From positions 2,713 through 66,712 of the IMG/VR virus record IMGVR_UViG_3300014596_000012: a stretch of DNA of 64,000 nucleotides. One strand, written 5' to 3'. Origin of the DNA: a virus (taxonomy: Duplodnaviria; Caudoviricetes). This document shows, in pieces, positions 46,721-57,221 of this stretch; position 1 is the stretch's first letter, and each line of letters starts with the position of its first letter. A program made the translations under genes and the position numbers. A model generated the notes under the pieces. The model ran no database searches, was not told the origin of the DNA, and saw nothing but the letters and a program-made list of their open reading frames with translations.

Positions 46721-47332
46721 TTAATTACATTGCATCTGACCACCAATATCTCGGCACATACGACCATTATTATAATAAGTGCCATTATTTCCATTATAGC
46801 GGTTGCCCTGATTATCCCAACAACCAGATCCATCACAACTGGTCATATGTGTTGGCGTTGGTGCTTTTGTCTGAGGAGACATAGGTGCTGAATAGGAGTT
46901 TCTTGAGTTTGAGTTAGCAGCTGGTACATCTACACCTGACATGGTAGCTAAAGTATTGCGCTGATTAGCAGTCAATCCTTTTGAACCCTTATAAGGTGTG
47001 CTCGCTTCTTTAATAATTTTTTGACGCAAAGCTTCATCTTCTGCGTTGCGTTCAGATTGCCGTGGTGTATAAGCTTGCTGCGTGGCGGCCTGATATTGAC
47101 GGTTTTGTATACTATTAGTAGAAGGCTTTGGTGTATAGGCTCGTTGTGGTGCAGGAGGTGTGCCAAGTGATCTTATGGTGTCAATTTTTTGCTGTTTTGC
47201 ACCTGATGGGGGTGGCTTACTTGAATAGGTGACATTCCCCTTACTGTCTACCCACTTGTAATAGTTTTTGGCTTGTACGTGTGAAAATGAAAACCCCAAT
47301 ATCAAACTCGTTAAAATCACTTTTTTTAACAT
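46721..47332 (-). CDS. Secreted DUF4124-like protein (moron)
   Basis: Signal peptide MLKKVILTSLILGFSFSHVQA then YYKWVDSKGNVTYSSKPP; GAGGG RBS. Confidence 0.75.
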   Translation of the reverse strand: MLKKVILTSLILGFSFSHVQAKNYYKWVDSKGNVTYSSKPPPSGAKQQKIDTIRSLGTPPAPQRAYTPKPSTNSIQNRQYQAATQQAYTPRQSERNAEDEALRQKIIKEASTPYKGSKGLTANQRNTLATMSGVDVPAANSNSRNSYSAPMSPQTKAPTPTHMTSCDGSGCWDNQGNRYNGNNGTYYNNGRMCRDIGGQMQCN

Positions 47333-47395
47333 TATGTTATCCCTCGTTTTTTGTAGATTATTAAGTACTGAAATGACTATGAATGCAATAGTTTT

Positions 47396-47432
47396 GTAGG
47401 GTTCGACCAGTACCAAGTGGAAGCAGCATGAT
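47396..47432 (+). promoter_or_regulatory. Late-promoter motif GTAGGGTTCG-N21-CATGAT
   Basis: Upstream of the 2924-aa gene. Confidence 0.7.
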
Positions 47433-47456
47433 TTAGGCATACCATAGGAGCGTGTC

Positions 47457-50400
47457 ATGCCTGATTCCAAAGTCATCAATAATCCCTTCTTAGACGAACA
47501 GAATACTACAAAAGTTAGTCAGCCCAATGGCTCTAAATTTGATCCAAGTACTGCCAAGCCTGTGGCAAATACAGCTCCGGGTTCGAACAATAAAAATACC
47601 AAGTTTGACCCAAGTACTGCCAAGGCGGTAGATAAAGGTTTTGGTGGGCATGTCCGTGACTTAGGTGCGTCCCTGATGGGTGGTCTTGCATCAGTGCCAG
47701 ACGTTGCAGTCGGTGTTGCGGATCTGTATTCAGGTGGTCGTGCAGGTAAGGCTGTAGATAATCTTTCAGAAAATTTCAAATTGGGTGATGGTCGTAAGTA
47801 CTGGCAGGATCAAAAAACAGATCATGCCAAAGTTCAATCACAGGAATTTTCTGATGCTGAAGGAATCATTGATAAAACCAAGGTGGCATTATCCAATCCT
47901 TCAATGATTGCCAATACAGTCGTCGAGTCTTTGCCATCTATGGCACTGGGTGGTCTGGCAGGCCGTGGTCTAAATGTAGCATCCAAAGGTCTGATTAATC
48001 CGGTTGCTGCAGGTGCTGCTGGTGAAGGTCTGGTCATGGCTGGTGCTCAGGCTGAGCAGGTCCGACAAGAGACTGATGATGGTTTACTAACTGGAAAGCA
48101 AGTTGCAGCAGCTGCAGGTACTGGTGTAGCAGGTAGTTTACTTGGCTTTCTTGGTGGCACCGTTGCGAAAAAATTGGGTTTTGAGGATGTAGATACACTG
48201 ATGGCCCGGGGTGTTAAACCTGAACAGATGGCCAGTGAAATCTCACAAATCCCGTTCTCGAGCATTCCTAAAAGCGTCGTACTGGGTGCAATCAGTGAAG
48301 GTCTACTTGAAGAAATGCCGCAGTCAGTGACTGAGCAGGTCCTTCAAAACTATGCGCTGGATAAGGATCTGTTTGAAGGTGTCGATGATGCCATTGTTAT
48401 GGGCACCCTCGCAGGTATGGCCATGGGTGGTACCGTGGCAGGTGCCAGTCAAGCATCGAAGTGGGCAGGTCAGTCAAGTACTGAGAATCCAGAATCAGGT
48501 GACGAGACAGACACAATGGGCAGTGCTCCAATGCTGCCAGCACCAACGGGTGGGAATGGTGGTACAGGTTTAGGCTTTGATGGTCTGCAAGGTGAATATA
48601 TTCCTGCCGGTCAGCAAGATGCAGTAGATCCAGCACAGGCGCGTCAGAACTTTGAATATGACCAGATGCCGACCGATGCAGAACGTCAAATTGAATTTGG
48701 TGGTCTGTCTCGTCAGTATGCGCCAACACCATCCCAGCAGATGGGGCTTGATCCAAATCTAGGTCCACTTTCTGCAGCAGCTGCAACAGCTGTAGACAAT
48801 GGTGTATCTCAGCAGATGCAGATTGAGATGCAGGCACAAGCGGCAGCTGAAACAACTTCTAACGCTGCCGGGAAAACCGAAGACAGTAATGCACCATTGC
48901 AACAGGCAGCAGATGCAGCGCGTGAACTTACACCCGAACAGATCCACGGCAAACAAAATACCTATGGCGCAGACGTTACTACGGCGATTGAACAACTTAA
49001 ACAGCGTCAGCAAGGAGATCAAAATGCAGCAATCACCTTTGATGAAGGCATTCAGAATGGAACAATACAGCAAGGAAATGCACCGCTTAACAATGGAAGC
49101 CAATCAGTTTCTGAACAGCATGACACCAATGCAGCGCCTACAATGGGAGCAGCGCAAAAGGGATTACAACCTGCGAAATCTGATGCAGGTCAGATCGTCC
49201 CACCTGGCCAAAGTCCAAATGAAATCCAAACTAGCAAAGCAAAATCCAAACTACCTGATATTCAATCCAAAGTAACCGAACTGGAAGCACAGCTTGTCAC
49301 TGAAAAATCAGTACCTAAAAAGGCACAGATTCGTAAGCAGATTGCTAAATTGCAGAATGAACTTTCCATTCAGGCGCAAAGCGATGTGAATATCGACAGC
49401 CCGCAAAAGTCTACTGTTGAAAATCATCGTGAAAACTTTGCCAAGATGGATCGCTCTATCGCAAAAGTAAATGCTGCACGTCAACGAATACGTGAAGCAA
49501 ACCCTGAAATTTTCACTGAAGAAAATGATCGTGTGCGCGAAACCCATGGTCTAACGAATGCACGTGTCACCGCGATTGCTGACGAAATTGAAAGTTCAGG
49601 TAGTTATGAACTATCTGACCGTGAATATGGCAAGATTAAGAACAATCCAAATTATAAGATTGACTACAACCCTAAAACTTTCACCGGGAAAGTTATAGCC
49701 ATTAAGGATCAACATAGCGGTGAATGGCTAGGTAATAACGAAGATTCTGATTTAGACAATGCAGCACATGCAGCCGCAACCAGCATTCAAAATGACTTGC
49801 CAGAACCGACCCAGGCACAGATTGAAGCCGGCAATTACAAGAAGGGGCACATTAAAGTTCATGGCTTAGATATTGCTGTGGAAAATCCGCGTGGTTCTGA
49901 GCGTCGTGGTACCGATCCTGATGGTAAGGAATGGGCCCATACCATGAGCGATCACTACGGCTACATCAAAAAAACGACTGGCGCTGACAATGAGCACATT
50001 GATACCTATATAGGTCGTAACCCTGAGTCTGAACAGATCTTTGTCGTTGATCAAATTGACCAGAAAACTGGTGGCTTTGATGAGCATAAAGTGATGATGG
50101 GCTTTAATTCACAGGAGGATGCGATTAAGGCCTATTCATCTAACTTTGATGATGGCTGGAAGGTAGGCCCTGTGCGTGCCATGAGTAAGGATGAGTTTAA
50201 GACTTGGTTAAAAGATGGGGATACCAAGAAACCTGCAGGTGAAAGTTCAGTACCTCAGTCCGAAGCTACCTTGGATCCACAAAGTATCCAGCGTGACTAT
50301 GGTGATAGTCTGGAAAGCGTGATGTCTGATGTAGAAACATTGGCTGATGATTTTACGATTGACCTGCATAGCGTTCCCAAAAAGAGAAATGCACTCAAAA

Positions 50401-53400
50401 ATCCAAACTATCATGCAGTACAACATGAAAATGGCCGTGTTGAAATTTTGGGAATGAAGCATCCCGCTACGGGTGAATGGGTCGGGAAAGCACCGACAGA
50501 AGACATAGCTCCGGTGCAAGACAGTCCGGCTCCGGCACAAGCTCCGGTGCAAGAGCAAAATAAGGATATTAAATCCAACTCTACGGAAAAACCGGATAGT
50601 TCAAAACCTGCTGCCACAAAACCAAAGGAAGTCATTCAGGACTTTGGTGAAAAAATTGGTGGTGCACGTAAAGATACTGCAGTAAAAACTGGTAAAAAAC
50701 CTGTAGCAGAAAAACCTAAAGATGACCGTCCGACCTGGGCAAAGCGTTTTGAGATTTCGGAAATTGCAGCATCATCCAATCCAGCTGAAGTCGGCAAGTG
50801 GACGATTTCAGATACCAAAAATAAGGACTGGATGGGCAATAACCGTCGCCTGACCAATCAAATGTTTAATAGCCAGGAAGAAGCTGAGAAGTTTTTACCT
50901 GTGGCAGCGGTTGCCATGAAGCATCGGGTCACCACTGATACGAAAGATGGCAAAAAAGGCTATATCATTGTCCGAACCGTGTCAGATCGTAAGCATGTGC
51001 AGGTTGTGCAGCAATTATTTGATACCCGTGATGCAGCAAATGAATACCTGGTACGTCACGCGCAGGAAATTTTAGAGACCAACACCACTTTTGGTGAACT
51101 GGATCTGCCACGTCCTGAGAATACTCAGCGTACCGGTGTTGCTCGCCGTGAAGGAGATGCCAAAGATTCTGACTTTAGCCGTGTATTCGGATTCCGTGGT
51201 GTAGAGTTCGGCAACTGGAATAACCAGGCAGAGCGTCAGGAATTATTGAATGATGCATTTGATGGCCTGATGGATCTGGCTGAAGTCTTGAATATCCCAC
51301 CAGAAGCTTTAAGTCTAAATGGAGAACTTGCACTGGCATTTGGTGCACGTGGTCAAGGACTGAGTAGTGCCAAAGCACATTATGAATCTAATCGTGTCGT
51401 GATCAATCTCACCAAAATGAACGGTGCCGGATCTCTGGCGCATGAATGGTGGCACGCATTCGATCATTACCTGTCACGCCAAGATGGTTCAGCCAGTTCT
51501 GCATGGATCCAGCATGAAGATGGGTCCCGTAGTCTGAATGTAAAAGCGAACCCGGCAGATCGCTTTGCAAGTCATGGTTTCAAGGTGGTGAAATCTGGTG
51601 TACGTGAAGATGTGCGTAATAACTTTGAAAAGCTTATGGTGACCATGTTTAAAAAGTCACAGGCTTATATTGAAGATACCCAGGCAGCAGACGAGTTTGT
51701 AGCACGTTCACGTGATGAAGTTCAGGATAAGCTAAATTCTATCCGTGAGAACCTGACCAAGCAGCTCGACCCGCAGTACTACAAGCGTTTTAATAAACCT
51801 GCTTCTGCAGACCAGCTGGCAGAGTTCGACACTGCAGCAGAGCTTATTATCACAGGCCAGTTGCTTGAGACTGAGGCGCGTAAGAACCCCAAAAGCCGTA
51901 GTACTTTTGGTGGGTACCGCCATACCAATGATGCGCTGGATAAGATCAATGAAATTTTTAAAGCTGTCCGTGGCCGATCAGGATTTAATGCAGACTTCAA
52001 GGGAGTGCTGGACTATCTTCGCGGCAGCATGAGCCGCTATATGGGCCGCCTTAAACTACTTGCTGATGCACAGCAAAGCACGACCAAGTACAAGTCTGTA
52101 CCGACTGAGTTTGCTATGAATGCCAAAGAGCTGGATCAAGGTCGAGGTAGTGACTACTGGACGACTCCACATGAGATGTCGGCACGTGCATTCCAGGGTT
52201 ATGTAGAAGATAAGATCGCTGCCAAGAATGCCCGTAGTCCTTTCCTGAATTATGGTCCTGAAAATGTGGGCATCCTTACACCTTATGGCGTAAAGCGACC
52301 TTTCCCATCTGGTGAGGAACGTGTGGCAATCAATCAGGCTTTTGATGATCTGATCGGCGGGTTGCAGACGGAGAAGACTGATACCGGTACACGTCTTTAT
52401 AGTCGTGCTCAAGATAATGTGCAGTCTGGCCAGACACCAGAACAAGTCCGTGAAGCTCTAGTTGAGCGCTTCGGTGAAAAGACCATTTCTAGCCTAGAGC
52501 GTCGTGGCTTGCTCGATATTATCAGCACTGTAGATGAACCAGGTGTAGAAGGCTTTTATCAGAATGGTCGTGTCACTTTGGTTGCAAGCAACCTGAATGA
52601 AACCAGCATCATCCCAACCTTCCTGCATGAGCTGGGTGGTCATGGCGGCTTCCAGAATGTCATGAGTGAAGAAAAATATGCCGACCTTATGGGTATATTC
52701 AACGATATGGTTCAGCGTAAACATCCGCTTGCACTAGAAGCCAAACGTCTTGCCGAACGGGAAACTGATGCCAAAACACAGCAGCTGGAATACCTACCTT
52801 ATCTTTTAACCCTGGCTTCGACTCAGCAGGAAATGAATGCCCTGCAAAAAAGTGCAATCAAGCGTTTTATTGATAAGGTCGTGAGTGCTGTGAAGGCATG
52901 GGCCTTTGATCGCTTGGGTATCAATTTAAACCTGAATGAAAACGATATGGTGGCTTTGGCCAACCGCATGATCCAGCAGCAGATTGCCGAACCGACTTCT
53001 GTAGAAAATGTGCGTGCTCAACTTCAGGGTACAGATCAGTGGATGAAAGCACCGAATGGCCAGCCAACTAATCTGACTGAGCAGCAATGGCTGCAAGTAC
53101 GGACACCAGAATTTAAACAATGGTTTGGTGACTGGGAAAATAGCCCAGAGACAGCCTCTAAAGTGGTTGATGAGAATGGTGAGCCTCAGGTGGTTTACCA
53201 CGGTACATCTTCCCAATTTACCCGCTTTAAACTCGGTGGTGGTTTGTTGGGTCGTGGTGTGTATCTCACCGATCGCTATGAAGAAGCGCAAAATTATGCC
53301 GGCAGCCGCTCTCAAGATAATGAGGGAACAGTGATGCCGCTGTTTGCCAATATTCGAGAGATGTTTAATAGCAATTCCAAGACCACACGTGAACAGATTG

Positions 53401-56231
53401 TTGGTGCTATGCAAGGCGGATTCAGTGGAATTCGGCACCAGTTTAACGATATGGATTATCTGGTTGCTTTCAACCCCGAACAGGTCAAATCAGCCGTTGG
53501 AAATACTGGACTATTTAGCAGTCAAGATACCGACATTCGATTTAGCCGGCAGGCCAATGCTCAGCAGATTATTCAGAATCTGGTTAGCAATATGAATAAG
53601 CAGGGTCGTAATAAACTTAAAACCGAAGCAGGTTATAAGGCTACACATGCTTTGCAGTATGTATTAGGTGCACTGGGCCGTCGTCAGTTGACAGAGTTGT
53701 ACCAAAAGCTATTGCCGCAGCTGAAACCGTATAACGATATGGTGGCAATGATGGATGCTGATCAGAACGAAGTGGCTGCACTATCAGATGATCTGGCACG
53801 CCGCTGGGCTGACTTAAAAGATGAAAAAGAGTTGGCCAATGTCATGCATGATGCAACCTTGGCCAAGATCGATCCTGCTAAGCCATATCAGCCAGGTGAC
53901 AATATTGCAGAATATGCCAAGCTGAAAAAACAGTTTGATGCACTGTCTGATGATGCGAAAAAGGTTTATCGAGAAGCACGTGATGCCTATAAAAAACATC
54001 ACCGTGATGTGCGCCAGGCAATTCAGGATCGTATTCTGCGCTCAAGTATCAGTAATCAGAAGAAGACTGAATTACTGCAGCAGATGGATGCCAATTTCTT
54101 TGGTTATACGCAGGGTGTGTACTTCCCCTTACAGCGTTTTGGTAAATATGTGGTAGTGGCGAAGAATAATAAAGGCGAAGTGTTGAGTGTTAGTCGTGCT
54201 GAAACCTTGTCCGAGGCTTATAAATTACGTGAAGTTTTATTGACAGAATATCCAGGCAGTAATGTGCTTGAACCAAAACTTGATAAAGAATTTAATGCGG
54301 CCCGAGATGGTGTAGGCCGTGGCTTTATGACTACTCTATTTAATGAGTTGGGCAGCCTAGGATTGAATGCACAACGTCAGACAGAGCTAGAAGATATTTT
54401 AGGGCAGTTATACCTAAAATCATTGCCGGATCTATCTTATGCAAAACACTCAATTCACCGTAAAGGTACCGCAGGTTTTAGCCAGGATGCTCGTCGTGCC
54501 TTTGCCCAGAATATGTTTCATGGTGGCAGTTACTTGGCCAAGCTGCGTTATAAAGATCAACTTGAGGAAATGCTGGATGGAATGCAAAAGCATGCTAATG
54601 ATGAATTTAATGCTGGTAAAGGTTATGACCAGCGTGTAGCACAACAAGTCATCGAGGAGATGAATAAACGCCATGAGAAGATGATGCAGGCGAACTCACA
54701 CCCATTATCGACAGCTTTAACCAGTTTAGGCTTCCTGTATTACTTGGGTTTGTCACCGGCATCGGCAGCAGTAAACACCTTGCAAACAGTCTTGGTGGCC
54801 TATCCTCAGATGGGTGCCAAGTGGGGATATGATAAGGCAGGGGCAGCATTGGCCAAAGCATCAGATGATTTCCGTAAAGGCGTGTCGATCAAAGGGATCA
54901 ATCCAAAGAACTGGGAAAATGATATTGCCAAAATTCTGAAAGGCGATGAGCTCAAGGCTTATGAAGAAGCTGTGCGTCGTGGTGTGATCGATGTGACCAT
55001 GGCACATGACTTGGCCGGTATTGCCCAAGGTGAAGATAGTGGGGTGATGTGGAAACTGCGTCCGATTATGCGGGTCGCAAGTACGCTATTCCATAATGCT
55101 GAACGTTTTAACCGTGAAGTGACATTTATTGCAGCGTACCGACTGGCGCGTGATAGTGGCTCAATGCACGATCAGGCTTTTGAGCAGGCGATGGATTCCA
55201 CCTACAAGGGTCACTTCGACTATTCTTCAGGGAACCGGCCACGAATCATGCAGGGCAATATTGCCAAGGTGATTTTGCTGTTTAAACAGTTTGGCCAGAA
55301 CATGATTTATACCTTGGCACGTACTGCTCACCAGTCGCTTAAGGGTGAAACGCCTGAAACACGTCGTGAGGCACAGCGTGCATTGGCCGGTATTATTGGA
55401 ATGCATACCGTATTTGCCGGGGTAATGGGCTTGCCTTTGGTTGGGCCGATTCTGGCCATGGCTTCAATGCTTGGAAGTGATGATGATGAGCCATGGGATG
55501 CGGAAGCTGCACTGCGTAATGCCTTAGCGGATGCACTGGGTACCAAGACCTCAGAAGTTCTTATGAAAGGTGCTTCACGATTTGGCCCAGCTGACTTATC
55601 TGGCCGTGTTGGTATTAATAATTTGTTATTGCCAGATGTGCAGGACGGGTTAGAAGGTAAAGACTTTAGTGATGCTATGGTGATGAGTGGATTAGGCCCA
55701 GTGGTAGGGATTTTAACCAATACCTTTAAAGGTCTGGCTGAAATTGGGCAAGGGCACGGTATGCGAGGGGTGGAAACCATGTCACCGGTATTCTTGCGTT
55801 CTCCATTGCGATCTATTCGATATGCGACCGAAGGTGCCCAGGATAAAACCGGAGTCATGATTAAGGATGATGTGGGTATGTTCAGCCTTGCAGCACAGGC
55901 AGTTGGTTTTAGCCCAAGTGAAGTGCGTTTGGCCACCGAAGGACGTAGTGCAATTTATTCGCATACCAAGCGCCTGGATAAGCGTCGTACAGAATTAATG
56001 AATGATTATGTTCGTGCGGTTCAGCGTGATGATATGGATAGTCAACAAGAGATCTGGGCAGAGATTCAGACCTTCAACCAGAAGAACCCTTCACGCCGGA
56101 TCAGTAGAGTCCAGGCGATGCAAAGTTTACGTCAGCGTGAAAAACGTGTGAAGCAAGCAGAGCATGGTATTTATCTGCCGAACAAGAAACGTGAGGATGC
56201 AGATATAGGACGTTTTGCGTTTGATGAGTAA
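47457..56231 (+). CDS. Giant polyvalent ejection protein (InPase-like, LPD5, LPD1/zincin, ART-PolyVal, PLxRFG)
   Basis: GNYKKGH...YGYI...GAD; IQDFGEKIGGARKD; GVEFGNW...AHEWWH...HEMSARAF; VYHGT...GRGVYLT; YFPLQRFG. Confidence 0.85.
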   Translation: MPDSKVINNPFLDEQNTTKVSQPNGSKFDPSTAKPVANTAPGSNNKNTKFDPSTAKAVDKGFGGHVRDLGASLMGGLASVPDVAVGVADLYSGGRAGKAVDNLSENFKLGDGRKYWQDQKTDHAKVQSQEFSDAEGIIDKTKVALSNPSMIANTVVESLPSMALGGLAGRGLNVASKGLINPVAAGAAGEGLVMAGAQAEQVRQETDDGLLTGKQVAAAAGTGVAGSLLGFLGGTVAKKLGFEDVDTLMARGVKPEQMASEISQIPFSSIPKSVVLGAISEGLLEEMPQSVTEQVLQNYALDKDLFEGVDDAIVMGTLAGMAMGGTVAGASQASKWAGQSSTENPESGDETDTMGSAPMLPAPTGGNGGTGLGFDGLQGEYIPAGQQDAVDPAQARQNFEYDQMPTDAERQIEFGGLSRQYAPTPSQQMGLDPNLGPLSAAAATAVDNGVSQQMQIEMQAQAAAETTSNAAGKTEDSNAPLQQAADAARELTPEQIHGKQNTYGADVTTAIEQLKQRQQGDQNAAITFDEGIQNGTIQQGNAPLNNGSQSVSEQHDTNAAPTMGAAQKGLQPAKSDAGQIVPPGQSPNEIQTSKAKSKLPDIQSKVTELEAQLVTEKSVPKKAQIRKQIAKLQNELSIQAQSDVNIDSPQKSTVENHRENFAKMDRSIAKVNAARQRIREANPEIFTEENDRVRETHGLTNARVTAIADEIESSGSYELSDREYGKIKNNPNYKIDYNPKTFTGKVIAIKDQHSGEWLGNNEDSDLDNAAHAAATSIQNDLPEPTQAQIEAGNYKKGHIKVHGLDIAVENPRGSERRGTDPDGKEWAHTMSDHYGYIKKTTGADNEHIDTYIGRNPESEQIFVVDQIDQKTGGFDEHKVMMGFNSQEDAIKAYSSNFDDGWKVGPVRAMSKDEFKTWLKDGDTKKPAGESSVPQSEATLDPQSIQRDYGDSLESVMSDVETLADDFTIDLHSVPKKRNALKNPNYHAVQHENGRVEILGMKHPATGEWVGKAPTEDIAPVQDSPAPAQAPVQEQNKDIKSNSTEKPDSSKPAATKPKEVIQDFGEKIGGARKDTAVKTGKKPVAEKPKDDRPTWAKRFEISEIAASSNPAEVGKWTISDTKNKDWMGNNRRLTNQMFNSQEEAEKFLPVAAVAMKHRVTTDTKDGKKGYIIVRTVSDRKHVQVVQQLFDTRDAANEYLVRHAQEILETNTTFGELDLPRPENTQRTGVARREGDAKDSDFSRVFGFRGVEFGNWNNQAERQELLNDAFDGLMDLAEVLNIPPEALSLNGELALAFGARGQGLSSAKAHYESNRVVINLTKMNGAGSLAHEWWHAFDHYLSRQDGSASSAWIQHEDGSRSLNVKANPADRFASHGFKVVKSGVREDVRNNFEKLMVTMFKKSQAYIEDTQAADEFVARSRDEVQDKLNSIRENLTKQLDPQYYKRFNKPASADQLAEFDTAAELIITGQLLETEARKNPKSRSTFGGYRHTNDALDKINEIFKAVRGRSGFNADFKGVLDYLRGSMSRYMGRLKLLADAQQSTTKYKSVPTEFAMNAKELDQGRGSDYWTTPHEMSARAFQGYVEDKIAAKNARSPFLNYGPENVGILTPYGVKRPFPSGEERVAINQAFDDLIGGLQTEKTDTGTRLYSRAQDNVQSGQTPEQVREALVERFGEKTISSLERRGLLDIISTVDEPGVEGFYQNGRVTLVASNLNETSIIPTFLHELGGHGGFQNVMSEEKYADLMGIFNDMVQRKHPLALEAKRLAERETDAKTQQLEYLPYLLTLASTQQEMNALQKSAIKRFIDKVVSAVKAWAFDRLGINLNLNENDMVALANRMIQQQIAEPTSVENVRAQLQGTDQWMKAPNGQPTNLTEQQWLQVRTPEFKQWFGDWENSPETASKVVDENGEPQVVYHGTSSQFTRFKLGGGLLGRGVYLTDRYEEAQNYAGSRSQDNEGTVMPLFANIREMFNSNSKTTREQIVGAMQGGFSGIRHQFNDMDYLVAFNPEQVKSAVGNTGLFSSQDTDIRFSRQANAQQIIQNLVSNMNKQGRNKLKTEAGYKATHALQYVLGALGRRQLTELYQKLLPQLKPYNDMVAMMDADQNEVAALSDDLARRWADLKDEKELANVMHDATLAKIDPAKPYQPGDNIAEYAKLKKQFDALSDDAKKVYREARDAYKKHHRDVRQAIQDRILRSSISNQKKTELLQQMDANFFGYTQGVYFPLQRFGKYVVVAKNNKGEVLSVSRAETLSEAYKLREVLLTEYPGSNVLEPKLDKEFNAARDGVGRGFMTTLFNELGSLGLNAQRQTELEDILGQLYLKSLPDLSYAKHSIHRKGTAGFSQDARRAFAQNMFHGGSYLAKLRYKDQLEEMLDGMQKHANDEFNAGKGYDQRVAQQVIEEMNKRHEKMMQANSHPLSTALTSLGFLYYLGLSPASAAVNTLQTVLVAYPQMGAKWGYDKAGAALAKASDDFRKGVSIKGINPKNWENDIAKILKGDELKAYEEAVRRGVIDVTMAHDLAGIAQGEDSGVMWKLRPIMRVASTLFHNAERFNREVTFIAAYRLARDSGSMHDQAFEQAMDSTYKGHFDYSSGNRPRIMQGNIAKVILLFKQFGQNMIYTLARTAHQSLKGETPETRREAQRALAGIIGMHTVFAGVMGLPLVGPILAMASMLGSDDDEPWDAEAALRNALADALGTKTSEVLMKGASRFGPADLSGRVGINNLLLPDVQDGLEGKDFSDAMVMSGLGPVVGILTNTFKGLAEIGQGHGMRGVETMSPVFLRSPLRSIRYATEGAQDKTGVMIKDDVGMFSLAAQAVGFSPSEVRLATEGRSAIYSHTKRLDKRRTELMNDYVRAVQRDDMDSQQEIWAEIQTFNQKNPSRRISRVQAMQSLRQREKRVKQAEHGIYLPNKKREDADIGRFAFDE

Positions 56232-56252
56232 TTTGTCTCTCTTATTGTAAGC

Positions 56253-56286
56253 AAAAAGAGAAGCAAATGAGTTTGCTTCTCTTTTT
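56253..56286. terminator. Bidirectional terminator
   Basis: 15-bp stem AAAAAGAGAAGCAAA/TTTGCTTCTCTTTTT. Confidence 0.85.
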
Positions 56287-56462
56287 AGCAAGTTAAAATC
56301 AAGAAAAACACAAATTGAATTTCTGAAAAAATATCAACTGGTTATTTATATAAATCAATAATTTAAAATTAAATTTATTTAATTGGTGTCAATCATTATG
56401 TCGAACTAAGCAAGATTTCTTCTTGGTTAATCAAGCAACGGTCAAAGAAAACCTCTTTAAAA

Positions 56463-56834
56463 CTAAAGAGGGCTTTCACCAAATTTTTCTACCGCTTCCC
56501 ATTCCGAATTTTGTGCTAAAACGATTGCCTGGACAATATTTTTCTCAATACTTGGCGGCATACTTTGATAAATATAAATCGGAAGTTGCTTCATTTTTCG
56601 GACTAAACCTGGTTTTTCACTATAACGAATAACTGCATCAATTAAACGATAGGATGCAAAAGGTATCGGCATTTTAGCCTCTACAGTTGCATACTGACTT
56701 TCCCAGGAACCGTTTCGAATCCTGGCTTCTTCCTGCTGATTCGGCATGTTCTTATATTTATATTCTGGGTGTGGCTCATGGTCGAAATCCACATATTGAC
56801 CATCGTATGGGCCACCAACCATTAAGTATTTCAT
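56463..56834 (-). CDS. Hypothetical protein
   Basis: MKYLMVGGPYDGQ motif, coupled operon. Confidence 0.7.
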   Translation of the reverse strand: MKYLMVGGPYDGQYVDFDHEPHPEYKYKNMPNQQEEARIRNGSWESQYATVEAKMPIPFASYRLIDAVIRYSEKPGLVRKMKQLPIYIYQSMPPSIEKNIVQAIVLAQNSEWEAVEKFGESPL

Positions 56835-57211
56835 TCTAATTCCTTATTATCTTGATTCACTAATTTGATTACACGCTTAAGCGAAATAATATCGTTTCTT
56901 AAGTTTGAATTTTCATCGCACACTTTAGAGTGACGATCCATCCATTCTTTTGTTCGAACCATATATGACTTGTAGTTTTCAAGCTCTGCTTTTCTGGCTG
57001 CCTTATTTCGAGCTAATCGAACCTGTGGATGCCAGTCGAAATGCTGATTTGTGTATCCACGGAAGAAGTCATGAAAGTCGGAGGTAGATTTAATAAAAAA
57101 GACCTTAAACAGCAGACAACTTAATACCCACATTTCAGATCTGGATCGATCCCCGAACTCCCATTTCTTTCGTAGGCTTATGCCACATAAGTCTCGTTGA
57201 ATTAATATCAT
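56831..57211 (-). CDS. Hypothetical protein with C-terminal coiled coil
   Basis: 126 aa. Confidence 0.65.
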   Translation of the reverse strand: MILIQRDLCGISLRKKWEFGDRSRSEMWVLSCLLFKVFFIKSTSDFHDFFRGYTNQHFDWHPQVRLARNKAARKAELENYKSYMVRTKEWMDRHSKVCDENSNLRNDIISLKRVIKLVNQDNKELE

Positions 57212-57221
57212 TGGAATCCAC

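Noticed and set aside
17296-56632. Numerous 60-200 aa antisense or alternate-frame ORFs inside large structural genes
   Set aside because: Shadow frames of long genes with no independent signals; only the Rz/Rz1 overlap is supported
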